A DNA stretch of 64,000 bases from Hyphomicrobiales bacterium (GTDB taxonomy: Bacteria > Pseudomonadota > Alphaproteobacteria > Rhizobiales > Methyloligellaceae). A program made the translations under genes and the position numbers. Below are positions 50,214-60,180 of this stretch, one piece after another (position 1 is the stretch's first letter; every line of letters begins with the position of its first letter). Below the pieces are notes generated by a model. That model was not told where the DNA came from, searched no databases, and worked only from the letters and a program-made list of their open reading frames with translations. The DNA lies in the NCBI GenBank assembly GCA_038209695.1, contig JBBQXL010000005.1, positions 2,181-66,180 of the forward strand, in the 5' to 3' direction.

Positions 50214-51646
50214 AACAGCTTCCCCGGATTGAGAATGAAATTGGGGTCGAAGGCGGCTTTGATCTTGCGCATTAGCTCCATCTCGAGCGGCTGTTTGGCA
50301 TGGGGCAGGAGATCGCGCTTCAAGCGGCCAATGCCGTGCTCGGCGCTGATCGAGCCGCCAAGATCGAGCACGATCTCATGCACCGCGGCGTTCAGCGTCT
50401 CCCAATAATTCAAGAAGATGGCGCGGTCCATGCCCACCGGCTGGCTGACATTATAGTGGATGTTGCCGTCGCCGAGATGGCCGAACGGAACCGGCCGCGC
50501 GCCGGGGATCAGCAGCTCGACCAGCTGGTTGGCCCGGGCCACGAACTCCGGCACATGCGCCACCGGCACGGCGATGTCGTGCTTGATGCTGCCGCCCTCG
50601 TGCTTCTGCATCTCGCTCATCAGCTCGCGCAATCGCCATAGCTCCTCGCTTTGCGCGAGCGACGAGGCAATCACGGCGCTGTCGATCTCGCCGGCCGCAA
50701 CGGCCTCGCCGAGCACGCTCTCGGCCAGCCGGGGCAGCTCTTCGCCCTCGCGCGGACTGGTGAGGTCGAACAGCACATACCAGGGATAGGGTGCGGCGAA
50801 TGGATCGCGCACCGCGCTGCCGTGATTGAGCACGAATTCGACGCCGATCCTCGGCAGGATCTCGAACGCGGTCAACGCCGGCCCGGCGCGCTCCAGCACG
50901 CGGGTGAACACATCCGGCGCGGTTTCGAGCGCGCTCAGGCCCGCCATGCAGGTCACCTTCTCGGCCACCTTGGGGAACAGCCGCAGCACCGCCGCGGTGA
51001 TGATGCCGAGCGTCCCTTCCGAGCCGATGATGAGGTCCTTGAGGTCGTAGCCCGAATTGTCCTTGCGCAGCGATTTGAGCCCGTTCCACACCTGCCCGTC
51101 GGCCAGCACGACTTCGAGCCCAAGGGTGAGGTCGCGGGCGCTGCCATAGGCGAGCACCGCCATGCCGCCGGCATTGGTGGCGAGCACGCCGCCGATCTGG
51201 GCGCTGCCCTCCGAGGCGAGGCTCAAGGGGAGCAGGCGCCCCGCGGTCGCCGCCACCTGCTGGGCCTGCGCCAGCACCAGCCCGGCTTCCACAATCATGG
51301 TGTTGGAGGCAAGGTCGATGTCGCGCACGCGATGGAGCCGTTCGAGTGAGACCACCACCTCGTGGCCGGTTTCGAACGGGATCTGGCCGCCGACCAGCCC
51401 GGTATTGCCGCCTTGCGGCACGATTGCGGTGCGCTTCTCATTGGCGAGTTTCAGAATGCTGGCAACCTGTTCGGTGTTGCCGGGCCTGAGCACCAGCGCC
51501 GCCTTGCCGCGATAACGGTCACGCCATTCCACCAGATACGGCGCCATGGCCACCTCGTCGCGAATGGCGTGCTGCTCGCCGACGATGCGGGTAAACGCCT
51601 CGATGGTGCCCTGGCTCGGCTTCTTATGCCTTGGTGCGGACTTCAT
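50210..51646 (-). CDS. FAD-binding oxidoreductase (D-2-hydroxyacid dehydrogenase, GlcD-like)
   Basis: PQGGNTGLVGG, GSEGTLGII, GHLGDGNIH, SAEHGIG, NPGK. Confidence 0.9.
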   Translation of the reverse strand: MKSAPRHKKPSQGTIEAFTRIVGEQHAIRDEVAMAPYLVEWRDRYRGKAALVLRPGNTEQVASILKLANEKRTAIVPQGGNTGLVGGQIPFETGHEVVVSLERLHRVRDIDLASNTMIVEAGLVLAQAQQVAATAGRLLPLSLASEGSAQIGGVLATNAGGMAVLAYGSARDLTLGLEVVLADGQVWNGLKSLRKDNSGYDLKDLIIGSEGTLGIITAAVLRLFPKVAEKVTCMAGLSALETAPDVFTRVLERAGPALTAFEILPRIGVEFVLNHGSAVRDPFAAPYPWYVLFDLTSPREGEELPRLAESVLGEAVAAGEIDSAVIASSLAQSEELWRLRELMSEMQKHEGGSIKHDIAVPVAHVPEFVARANQLVELLIPGARPVPFGHLGDGNIHYNVSQPVGMDRAIFLNYWETLNAAVHEIVLDLGGSISAEHGIGRLKRDLLPHAKQPLEMELMRKIKAAFDPNFILNPGKLL

Positions 51647-51655
51647 GGGAGAGCG

Positions 51656-52606
51656 CTAGCGCTGATTGGCCGCGCGCTGCAAGCGGTCGTTGATGGCCTC
51701 GCCAAGCCCCCGGGGCGGAATCGGCATTACGGCGATGGCCGAGGCGCCCGCCCGATCGAGCTCTCGAAGCGCTGCGAATAGATTGGCCGCCGCCTCTTCG
51801 AGATTGCCGTTCGGGCTGAGATTGATGGTGACCCGCGCGCCTTCGGGCACGTCGCGGCCAAAGGCCAGCAAAGCCTCATCGGGCGCGACGCTGGTCGCCG
51901 CGAGCCTAAGCGGCGTGTCGGGCGCGTAATGAGTCTCGAGTTGTCCCGGCGAAGCACCGCGATGGTTGGCATTGGCCGCGTCAAGTGGCGCACCCAGCAC
52001 AAGTTCGATCGCCTCGCGGGCAATTGCTCCCGGCCTTAGCAAAGCAGCCGCGCTGCCCAATACGGCGATCACCGTCGACTCGATGCCGAGCGGGCAGGGG
52101 CCGCCGTCGAGAATCATGGCGGGCCGTTCGTCAAGCTCGGCCTCGACATGCGCTGCGGTGGTCGGGCTGACGCGGCCCGAGCGGTTGGCGCTCGGCGCGG
52201 CGATGGGCAGCTTCACCGCTTCGAGGAGAGCCTGCGCGACCGGATGCGCCGGGGCTCTCAGCGCGATCGTGTCCAGGCCCGCGCTGACCAGTTCGACGAT
52301 GCCGCAAGCAGGGCACTTGGCGAGCACCAGCGACAACGGCCCCGGCCAGAACGCCTCGGCGAGAATCCGCGCCGTGTCGTTAACTACGGCGTAAGTCTCG
52401 GCCTCGGCGAGGCCCGGCACATGCACGATCAGCGGGTTGAAGCGCGGCCGCTCCTTGGCGGCGAACACTTTGGCCACGGCGCGGGCATCGAGCGCATTGG
52501 CGCCGAGCCCATAGACGGTCTCGGTGGGAAAGGCGACGATGTCGCCGCGCGCGAGCGCTTCGGCTGCCTGCTGGATGGCTTTGTCAGTGGCGGGAACGAC
52601 GGCCAT
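51656..52606 (-). CDS. sua5: L-threonylcarbamoyladenylate synthase (Sua5/TsaC2)
   Basis: PTETVYGL, KERPRFNPLIVH, APSANRSG, SPGQLETHY, AINDRL. Confidence 0.93.
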   Translation of the reverse strand: MAVVPATDKAIQQAAEALARGDIVAFPTETVYGLGANALDARAVAKVFAAKERPRFNPLIVHVPGLAEAETYAVVNDTARILAEAFWPGPLSLVLAKCPACGIVELVSAGLDTIALRAPAHPVAQALLEAVKLPIAAPSANRSGRVSPTTAAHVEAELDERPAMILDGGPCPLGIESTVIAVLGSAAALLRPGAIAREAIELVLGAPLDAANANHRGASPGQLETHYAPDTPLRLAATSVAPDEALLAFGRDVPEGARVTINLSPNGNLEEAAANLFAALRELDRAGASAIAVMPIPPRGLGEAINDRLQRAANQR

Positions 52607-52685
52607 CGCGCCATTTCGCGTGTTACCAGGGAGCGGTCAAGCTAGAGTGCGCGACCGACCCGACCCTGGTAACCATATCCGGCCG

Positions 52686-53618
52686 ATGACCACGCTCCTG
52701 CTCACCCATCCCGCCTGCCTTCAGCACGACACGGGCTATGGTCATCCCGAGCGCGCGGACCGGTTGCGGGCCATCGAATCCGCTCTCGAAGCTGAGCGCT
52801 TCCACTATCTGGTGCGGGAGCAGGCGCCGCTCGCCGATCTCGCCGCGATCGAGCGGCTCCATCCAAAGGTCTATGTCGAGATGGTCGAGGCCTCGATTCC
52901 GAAGCAGGACCACGCCTGGCTCGACCCCGACACCGTCGTCTCGCCGGGCAGCTGGGAGGCTGCGCTGCGGGCGACGGGCGCCTGCATCCACGCGGTCGAT
53001 CAGGTCCTAAGCGGCAAGGTCGACAACGCCTTCTGCGCGGTCCGGCCTCCGGGCCACCATGCCGAGCCGTCGCGGGCCATGGGCTTCTGCCTGTTCAATA
53101 CAGTGGCGGTGGCGGCGCTCCATGCCCGCGCCGCTCATGGCGCCAAACGCGTGGCGGTGGTCGATTTCGACGTCCATCACGGCAACGGCACGCAAGCCGC
53201 GTTCTGGACCGACCCGGATCTGTTCTACGGCTCGACCCATCAGATGCCGCTATTCCCCGGCACCGGCGCGCGCGACGAGACCGGCGTCGGCAACATCTGC
53301 AACGCGCCGCTCAAGCCGGGCGACGACGGCGACGATTTCCGCGCCGCGTTCGAGAGCCGCATCCTGCCGGCGCTCGACCAATTCGCCCCTGACGTGCTGC
53401 TCGTGTCGGCCGGGTTCGACGCCCATGTCAAAGACCCGCTCGCACAGCTCCGACTGGTTGAGGCGGATTTCGCCTGGGTGACCGAGCAGCTGTTGGCGGC
53501 TGCCGCCAAGCATACCGGCGGCAGGCTCGTCTCGACCCTGGAAGGAGGCTACGACCTCGACGCGCTGGCCAGTTCGACCGCTATCCATGTCGAGACGTTG
53601 ATGGGCGCTGCCTCTTGA
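52686..53618 (+). CDS. Histone deacetylase-family amidohydrolase
   Basis: [37 protein letters not shown]. Confidence 0.93.
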   Translation: MTTLLLTHPACLQHDTGYGHPERADRLRAIESALEAERFHYLVREQAPLADLAAIERLHPKVYVEMVEASIPKQDHAWLDPDTVVSPGSWEAALRATGACIHAVDQVLSGKVDNAFCAVRPPGHHAEPSRAMGFCLFNTVAVAALHARAAHGAKRVAVVDFDVHHGNGTQAAFWTDPDLFYGSTHQMPLFPGTGARDETGVGNICNAPLKPGDDGDDFRAAFESRILPALDQFAPDVLLVSAGFDAHVKDPLAQLRLVEADFAWVTEQLLAAAAKHTGGRLVSTLEGGYDLDALASSTAIHVETLMGAAS

Positions 53619-53658
53619 GCCTCTTGATTGCAGACGCGGGAAAGCGCTAAGGCAGGTC

Positions 53659-53916
53659 ATGGCCGCACCGACCGACCATTCCGACATCAAGACCATGAGC
53701 TTCGAGCAGGCGCTCAAGGAGCTCGAAACCATCGTCGACCGCCTGGAGAAGGGCGATGTCGAGCTGGAAGCCTCGATCCTAATCTACGAGCGGGGCGAGG
53801 CGCTGAAGACCCATTGCGACGGGCTGCTGCGCAAGGCCGAGGCCCGGGTCGAGAAGATCTCCCTCAATCAGAACGGCCAGCCCACCGGCGCCGAGCCCCT
53901 CGACGTCGAGGACTAG
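53659..53916 (+). CDS. xseB: Exodeoxyribonuclease VII small subunit
   Basis: [19 protein letters not shown]...YERG...C. Confidence 0.93.
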   Translation: MAAPTDHSDIKTMSFEQALKELETIVDRLEKGDVELEASILIYERGEALKTHCDGLLRKAEARVEKISLNQNGQPTGAEPLDVED

Positions 53917-54079
53917 CGCTCTCTTGCTGGCGGCGCGCTTTTAGCCCTTGCGCTGCGCGGGACATGACACGATTTGACCGGTCTCATAGGATAGTTGCCA
54001 GCCAGGCTCGTGGCCGATAAAGGTGCATCTCGCGTTTGATCCATCGCCTCTTTTCCCAGAAATCAGCCGGGTAAAGCGA

Positions 54080-56011
54080 ATGAGCGCCGAAAGTCCTACG
54101 CCGCTGCTTGATCGGATCCACGAACCCAAGGATTTGCGCGGTCTTCAGGATCATGAGCTGAAGCAGCTCGCCGAAGAGTTGCGCCGGGAGCTGATCGCTG
54201 CGGTAGCGGTGACCGGCGGCCATCTCGGCGCCGGCCTGGGCGTGGTCGAGCTCACCATCGCCCTCCATCATGTGTTCGACACTCCGGCCGACAAGCTCAT
54301 CTGGGATGTCGGTCACCAATCCTATCCGCACAAGATTCTCACCGGCCGCCGCGACCGCATCCGCACCCTGCGCCAGCCGGGCGGGCTGTCGGGCTTCTGC
54401 AAGCGTGCCGAGAGCGAGTACGACACCTTCGGCGCCGGCCACTCCTCGACCTCGATCTCCGCCGGGCTCGGCATGGCGGTGGCCCGCGACCTCGGCGGCA
54501 ACACCCACAACGTGGTCGCCGTGATCGGCGACGGCGCCATGAGCGCTGGGATGGCCTATGAGGCTATGAACAATGCCGGCGCCATGGATTCGCGGCTGAT
54601 CGTCATTCTCAACGACAACGACATGTCGATCGCCCCGCCGGTCGGCGCCATGAGCGCCTATCTCGCCAAGCTCATCTCCGGCGGCGCCTACCGTCGCCTG
54701 CGCCGCTTCCTGAAGCAGCTCGCCCACAGGGTGCTGCCCAAGAGCTGGCAGCGCCGTGCGGCCCGCGCCGAGGAGTTCACCCGCGGCTTCTGGACCGGCG
54801 GCACGCTGTTCGAGGAACTCGGCTTCTATTATGTCGGCCCGATCGACGGCCACAATTTCGATCATCTGCTGCCCGTTCTGCGCAACGTGCGCAACATGCG
54901 GAACGGTCCGGTGCTGGTCCACGTCGTGACCCAGAAGGGCAAGGGCTACGGGCCGGCCGAAGTGTCGGCGGACAAGTTCCATGGCGTTGGCAAGTTCAAT
55001 GTCGTGACCGGCGCGCAGGAAGCGCAGGCGGCGGGCACGCCGCCGAGCTACACTAAAGTGTTTGCCCAGAGCCTGATCGAGGAAGCGCGCGCCGACGATA
55101 AGATCGTCGCTATCACCGCGGCCATGCCGTCAGGCACGGGGCTCGACCGCTTCGCCGAGATTTTTCCCGAGCGCTGCTTCGACGTCGGCATCGCCGAGCA
55201 GCATGCGGTGACCTTCGCCGCCGGCCTGGCCGCCGAAGGTTTCAAGCCCTTTGCCGCCATTTATTCGACCTTCCTCCAGCGCGCCTACGACCAGGTCGTG
55301 CATGACGTTGCCATTCAGAAGCTGCCGGTCCGCTTCGCCATCGACCGGGCCGGGCTGGTCGGCGCCGACGGCCCGACCCATGCCGGCGCGTTCGACGTGG
55401 CCTTCCTGTCTTGCCTGCCGGGCATGGTGGTGATGGCGGCGGCCGACGAGGTCGAGCTGACGCATATGGTGGCGACCGCCGCTGCGATCGACGACGGCCC
55501 GTCGGCGTTTCGCTATCCGCGCGGGGAGGGCACCGGCTTGCCCCTGCCCAAACGCGGCACCGCGCTCGAGATCGGCAAGGGCCGGGTGCTGCGCGAAGGC
55601 TCGGCGGTGGCACTGCTGTCGTTCGGCGCGCGGCTGCCAGACTGTTTGGCGGCCGCCGACCAGCTCGCCGGCTTCGGCCTGCCCACCACCGTCGCCGATG
55701 CCAGATTCGCCAAGCCGCTCGACCTCGACCTGTTGCGCCAGCTGGCGGGCAATCACGAGGTGCTCATCACCGTCGAAGAGGGGTCAAGCGGCGGGTTCGG
55801 CGCCTTGGTGCTGCAAGCGTTCGCCCGCGAAGGCCTGCTCGACCGCGGGCTCAAGATCCGGACGCTTCATCTGCCTGACCGCTTCATCGAGCAGAATAAG
55901 CCGCAGGCGATGTACGAAGAGGCCGGGCTCGATGCGCGCGGCATCGTCGCCGCCACATTCTTGGCGCTCGGCAAGGATCTCGGCGGCGCCGAAAGAGTGC
56001 GCCTCGCCTGA
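54080..56011 (+). CDS. dxs: 1-deoxy-D-xylulose-5-phosphate synthase
   Basis: [33 protein letters not shown]. Confidence 0.97.
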   Translation: MSAESPTPLLDRIHEPKDLRGLQDHELKQLAEELRRELIAAVAVTGGHLGAGLGVVELTIALHHVFDTPADKLIWDVGHQSYPHKILTGRRDRIRTLRQPGGLSGFCKRAESEYDTFGAGHSSTSISAGLGMAVARDLGGNTHNVVAVIGDGAMSAGMAYEAMNNAGAMDSRLIVILNDNDMSIAPPVGAMSAYLAKLISGGAYRRLRRFLKQLAHRVLPKSWQRRAARAEEFTRGFWTGGTLFEELGFYYVGPIDGHNFDHLLPVLRNVRNMRNGPVLVHVVTQKGKGYGPAEVSADKFHGVGKFNVVTGAQEAQAAGTPPSYTKVFAQSLIEEARADDKIVAITAAMPSGTGLDRFAEIFPERCFDVGIAEQHAVTFAAGLAAEGFKPFAAIYSTFLQRAYDQVVHDVAIQKLPVRFAIDRAGLVGADGPTHAGAFDVAFLSCLPGMVVMAAADEVELTHMVATAAAIDDGPSAFRYPRGEGTGLPLPKRGTALEIGKGRVLREGSAVALLSFGARLPDCLAAADQLAGFGLPTTVADARFAKPLDLDLLRQLAGNHEVLITVEEGSSGGFGALVLQAFAREGLLDRGLKIRTLHLPDRFIEQNKPQAMYEEAGLDARGIVAATFLALGKDLGGAERVRLA

Positions 56012-56017
56012 TAAAAT

Positions 56018-56512
56018 CTAGTCGATCTGGCAATCTTGGCTGAACTTGCCGACCGCGTCGGCGCGGCCCTGGTCGGACAGCGTGGCGCTGGTCTGACCTA
56101 TCGTCACCGCCACCGGGCCCGCTTGACGCAGCACCTCGAGTACCGGCTTCACCTCAATATCGCTTGCTTCCGCGAAAATCATGCCGTTGGCATCGTCCAG
56201 CGCGGCCTCGCCCTCGACTTGCGACTTGGCGCTCCCGGCTGACAGCGCGATGGTGAGCGCCTCGCCCGGCTTGGCGCCGTCGATGGCGATGTGCAGATCG
56301 AGCACGGCGATACCCATGCCGTCGAAGCAGGACAGCAGAAGCAGCGGAGATTTGGCCGGGTCGAGCGGCCCATAGGCGAGCGAGACGAAGCCTTCGCTCG
56401 CCCGCTCGAGCCACACCAGACTCTCCTCCGCGCGCGCGGCGCTCGCGAGCGGCAACCCTCCGGCGGCCAGGCAAGCGGCGAGGAGAAGGCGCGCTTGGAT
56501 ACGGCTCATCAT
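56018..56512 (-). CDS. Exported hypothetical protein B (paralog of 56564..57058)
   Basis: Signal peptide ending ARA; SLAYG...C...VKPVL...QGRA.AV..F...C.D. Confidence 0.8.
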   Translation of the reverse strand: MMSRIQARLLLAACLAAGGLPLASAARAEESLVWLERASEGFVSLAYGPLDPAKSPLLLLSCFDGMGIAVLDLHIAIDGAKPGEALTIALSAGSAKSQVEGEAALDDANGMIFAEASDIEVKPVLEVLRQAGPVAVTIGQTSATLSDQGRADAVGKFSQDCQID

Positions 56513-56563
56513 GACTGAATGCCTTCGTGTCGGTGTGAGTTGCAGCCCGAACGGTGCCTTTGT

Positions 56564-57058
56564 TTAGTCGAGCTTGCAGACCTTAGCAAATTCGGCGACC
56601 GCGGCGGCGCGTCCCTGGCCGGGCAAGTTGGCGGTTACCTTACCCATTTTGACCACCGCCGGCCCGGAGGTCTTCAGTACGGCAAGCACCGGCTTGACGG
56701 CGATAGGTTTCGCCACGCCGAAGATGAAGCCGCTCATCTGGTCGGTCTCGGTCTTGCCCTTGAGCGCGAGTTTGGCCGCGCCGGCGCTGATCTCGATGGC
56801 AACCGTCTGGCCGACTTTGGCGCCCGGGATATCCTCGTACACCGTGAGTTCGGCTTCCTTGTTTCGAGTGTCGCAAAGGAGGGCGAATACATAATCCTCC
56901 CCCGTCTCGGTCGAGCCATAGACCAGAGAGGCGTTGCCCTCGAATGTATTGGCCATCCATGCGAAGCCCGGCTCAGGCTCGGCGGCGGCAGTCAGAGGCG
57001 CAGCCATAGCCAGACATGCCGCAAGCGCAAACGCGGCCGGTCTACCTGCCAACAGCAT
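56564..57058 (-). CDS. Exported hypothetical protein A
   Basis: Signal peptide ending AAA; SLVYG...C...VKPVL...QGRA.AV..F...C.D. Start overlaps the SET gene stop. Confidence 0.8.
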   Translation of the reverse strand: MLLAGRPAAFALAACLAMAAPLTAAAEPEPGFAWMANTFEGNASLVYGSTETGEDYVFALLCDTRNKEAELTVYEDIPGAKVGQTVAIEISAGAAKLALKGKTETDQMSGFIFGVAKPIAVKPVLAVLKTSGPAVVKMGKVTANLPGQGRAAAVAEFAKVCKLD

Positions 57059-57467
57059 GGAGCCTGGTCGCCGACACGGCCACTTGCATCGCCGGGAAGA
57101 AGCCGGCGAAGCGGGGATCGAACTCATAGTAATTGCAGGTGAGCTCTTCCCCCTGGGCGATATCGGCGAGCGCATAGCCTTTGTCGAAGATGCGGAAATC
57201 CGTGTTGGGCGTGAGACTGTGGTTCATGAAGCGCCCATTGTCGCTGTCGACGACCATGACCCCCGGCATGTCCAGATGCGGATAGCTATAGCGCGCGATG
57301 AAGTCCTGCACATGCTGCGGCAGCCCCTCGGTCTCGCCCTGGTAGATGAAGATGTCGAATTTGGGGTTCAGGTTCCAGAGCAGACTGCCGCCCGGAATGA
57401 ACTCACCGGCAAAAACGCCGAGGCCATCGATGGCGCTCGGTGCAACATAGCTGCTGACCGTCAGCAT
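57042..57467 (-). CDS. SET-domain protein (no post-SET cysteines)
   Basis: SAIDGLGVFA, RFMNHS-x2-PN, GEELTCNY. Confidence 0.9.
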   Translation of the reverse strand: MLTVSSYVAPSAIDGLGVFAGEFIPGGSLLWNLNPKFDIFIYQGETEGLPQHVQDFIARYSYPHLDMPGVMVVDSDNGRFMNHSLTPNTDFRIFDKGYALADIAQGEELTCNYYEFDPRFAGFFPAMQVAVSATRLHAVGR

Positions 57468-57504
57468 CGTTTGGTTCCTTGATGTAATTGAAATTCAAAT
57501 CCAC

Positions 57505-58080
57505 TCATGCGGTATTTCCCGTGGCCTCCGTGCCAACGGCAACGAGGCTCCGCTTGCGCCGGAAGCGCCGCCGCTTGAGCGCCTTGATGCGGCGCTCGAG
57601 ATAGGGCGAGAAATGTCCGGCGTAACGCTCCCACAGCTGAGGGATGCGCCAATCTTGGCCCGAGACGCGGCCCCGACAGGAGGGCGTCCCGCAGCCGCAC
57701 TCGAACTCGTCGTAAGCCGAGCCGTCACACATCGCGTAGTCGATGGTGACCTCTTCGCCGGGCTGGATCCGGTGCAAGGCGACGATCGCCACCTGCCCAT
57801 CGAGGCCGGCATTCGGTTCGCACGAGTGATTGATAAAGTCCGGCGGCTCGTCGGGCGAGAGCGAGGCGAGATAGAGCCTCTCCTCGACCTGCACCGTGTG
57901 ACGCCTGATCTCGGGTGGCAGCTCGTCCAGTTCGTCGGCGCTGACGATGCGTCCGCTCCAGACGGCGACCAGCTCGCCGGCTTCGATCGCTTCCCGAGCG
58001 TAGACGGCTTTGCCGCCGGTCACGTCACGATTTTGGACTTCACATTTATCGGTAAGGTAAGCCGTACTGTCCGGGCTCAC
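57505..58080 (-). CDS. SET-domain protein with post-SET zinc motif
   Basis: GKAVYA, FINHSCEPN, GEEVTIDY, CGCGTPSCRG; GGAGG RBS with GTG start. Confidence 0.92.
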   Translation of the reverse strand: MSPDSTAYLTDKCEVQNRDVTGGKAVYAREAIEAGELVAVWSGRIVSADELDELPPEIRRHTVQVEERLYLASLSPDEPPDFINHSCEPNAGLDGQVAIVALHRIQPGEEVTIDYAMCDGSAYDEFECGCGTPSCRGRVSGQDWRIPQLWERYAGHFSPYLERRIKALKRRRFRRKRSLVAVGTEATGNTA

Positions 58081-58193
58081 GAGACCTCCGCGTATGCGCG
58101 CCGAGCGGGGCGCTCCGCAGTATAGTGTGGGCGGCGTCCGGCCGCTCCCGGCATGACATCCGCGCGCGAGAATCCCCGACGCCCGCGAAGCAT

Positions 58194-58955
58194 ATGAGAA
58201 GCTTTTGTGCCCATCTACAAAAAAAACGTCTCGACCAATTATTAGTGGAGAGCGGCTTGGCGCCGACCCGCTCCCGTGCGGCCGACCTAGTGCGGCGGGG
58301 CCTGGTCAGCGTGGCGGGTGTCACCGCTCTCAAGCCCGGCGCTCAGGTCGCGCCCGGCGCCGAGCTGAGACTAAGCCCCGGCGCTAGCCGCTATGTCTCG
58401 CGCGGCGGGGAGAAGCTCGAAGCCGCGCTCGATGCCTTCGGCTTCGACCCAAACTGTACGATAGCCCTCGATATCGGCGCCTCGACCGGGGGCTTTACCG
58501 AGGTGCTGATCGCCCGCGGAGCCGCCAAGGTCTATGCCGTGGATGTCGGCCGGGACCAGCTCCACGCCACGCTCAGGGCCAACCCACGGGTCACCGCCAT
58601 GGAAGGCACCGACGCACGGGCCCTCGATCGGCAGGTGATTCGCGACGAGGTGACCGCCATTGTCGCCGATGTCAGCTTCATCGGGCTCCATCTGGCGCTT
58701 CCCGCCGCGCTCAGCCTTGCCGCGCCGGGCGCCTGGCTGGTGGCGCTGGTCAAGCCGCAATTCGAGGCCGGGCGCGCGGCGGTCGGCAAACGCGGCATTG
58801 TGCGAGATCGCACAGAGCGAGAGAAGGCGGTCGCGAAAGTGCGCGCATTCATCGAGGGCGAGGCCGGCTGGACCGTCGTAGGCGAGATCGCCTCGCCGAT
58901 CCGCGGCGGTAGCGGCAACGAGGAATTCCTGATCGGCGCGCGCAATGGAGCTTGA
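58194..58955 (+). CDS. tlyA: TlyA family rRNA 2'-O-methyltransferase
   Basis: KRLD S4 domain, YVSRGGEKL, DIGASTGGFT, DVSFI, LVKPQFE; start uncertain. Confidence 0.92.
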   Translation: MRSFCAHLQKKRLDQLLVESGLAPTRSRAADLVRRGLVSVAGVTALKPGAQVAPGAELRLSPGASRYVSRGGEKLEAALDAFGFDPNCTIALDIGASTGGFTEVLIARGAAKVYAVDVGRDQLHATLRANPRVTAMEGTDARALDRQVIRDEVTAIVADVSFIGLHLALPAALSLAAPGAWLVALVKPQFEAGRAAVGKRGIVRDRTEREKAVAKVRAFIEGEAGWTVVGEIASPIRGGSGNEEFLIGARNGA

Positions 58956-60174
58956 ACTCAGGATCGGACCGCTTGGCGCTAAGGGCGACGGCCTGGCCGA
59001 AGGTCCCGACGGGCCGCTCTTCGTGCCGTTCGCCTTGCCCGGTGAGCGCGTCCGGGTCGCGGTCGAGCCCGGCACCGGCCGCGCCGGCCTGCTGGAGGTG
59101 CTCGAAGCGAGCCCGGACCGCGTCGAGCCGATCTGCCCCAATTTCGGGGATTGCGGGGGCTGCGCGCTCCAGCATCTGCAAGTCCAGGCCTATCTCGACT
59201 GGAAGCGCGAGCTGGTCGTAACGGCCCTCCGGTCGCGCGGGCTCGAGGCCGAGGTCGACAAGGTACGCACGGTGCCGCCCCGAAGCCGGCGCCGCGCCGC
59301 ACTCGCGCTCGGCCGGGCCAAGGAGGGCGCTGCGCTCGGCTATCGCCGCGCCCGCTCCCATGAGCTGATCGACGTCACGGTCTGCCCGGTTCTGACCCCC
59401 CGCATCGTCGCGAGCCTGCCCAAGCTCAAACAGGCGCTGGCGCCGCTGCTCGGCGCCAAGCGCGAGGCCCGCGTGAGTGTTACGGAAACCGAAAGCGGCC
59501 TCGATATCGTTGTCGAAGGCATCAGTCCGAGTCTAGCGGCCCTGGGCGCTTTTGCCGGCAAAGCCGCTTCGCTCGGCGTGGCGCGACTCACGGCCGATAG
59601 CGAGAGCATCGGCCCGGTCGCTGCGCCGGAGGTCGCCCTCTCGGGTGTAAGCGTAAGGCTTCCCCCGGGCGCCTTCCTCCAGGCCTCGCGCGAAGCCGAA
59701 GCCGTTCTGGTGGAGTTGGTGCTCGCGGGAGTAGGGGGCGCTAAGCGCGTTGCCGATCTCTTTGCCGGCCTCGGCACCTTCACCTTTGCGCTGGCGCGGA
59801 ACGCCGCGGTCGACGCCTTCGAGTCCGATGAGGCGGCGCTTCACGCGCTTGCCGAAGCGGCGCGCAAGACGCCGAAGCTCAAGCCGGTGCGGACGCATCG
59901 CCGCGATCTGTTTCACGCCTCGCTCGGACCGCAGGAATTGCAGGCCTATGACGCGGTAGTGTTCGATCCGCCGCGGGCCGGCGCTGCCGCGCAAGCCGAG
60001 GCGCTGGCCAAGTCAGGCGTGCCCAGGCTCGTTGCCGTTTCGTGCAGCCCTGGCACCCTGGCGCGGGATCTTCGTATCCTGGTCGATGGCGGCTACCGCA
60101 TCACGCGGGTCACCCCGGTCGATCAGTTCCTGTTCTCGCCGCATGTCGAATTGGTCGCGCATCTCGTGCGCTGA
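58945..60174 (+). CDS. 23S rRNA (uracil-C5)-methyltransferase, RlmD/TrmA family
   Basis: CPNFGDCGGC Fe-S motif, FLQ, DPPRAG, VSC, DQF...HVE. Confidence 0.9.
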   Translation: MELELRIGPLGAKGDGLAEGPDGPLFVPFALPGERVRVAVEPGTGRAGLLEVLEASPDRVEPICPNFGDCGGCALQHLQVQAYLDWKRELVVTALRSRGLEAEVDKVRTVPPRSRRRAALALGRAKEGAALGYRRARSHELIDVTVCPVLTPRIVASLPKLKQALAPLLGAKREARVSVTETESGLDIVVEGISPSLAALGAFAGKAASLGVARLTADSESIGPVAAPEVALSGVSVRLPPGAFLQASREAEAVLVELVLAGVGGAKRVADLFAGLGTFTFALARNAAVDAFESDEAALHALAEAARKTPKLKPVRTHRRDLFHASLGPQELQAYDAVVFDPPRAGAAAQAEALAKSGVPRLVAVSCSPGTLARDLRILVDGGYRITRVTPVDQFLFSPHVELVAHLVR

Positions 60175-60180
60175 TCGAGC

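Noticed and set aside
52686-58080. Histone deacetylase-family gene near the SET genes as a bacterial writer/eraser cluster
   Set aside because: The deacetylase-xseB-dxs order is ordinary in Hyphomicrobiales and lies on the opposite strand. Proximity alone is not evidence.
58219-58226. A8 tract at the tlyA 5' end as a phase-variation site
   Set aside because: The frame is open from ATG 58194 and the tract encodes the normal Lys-Lys before RLD. No evidence of slippage.
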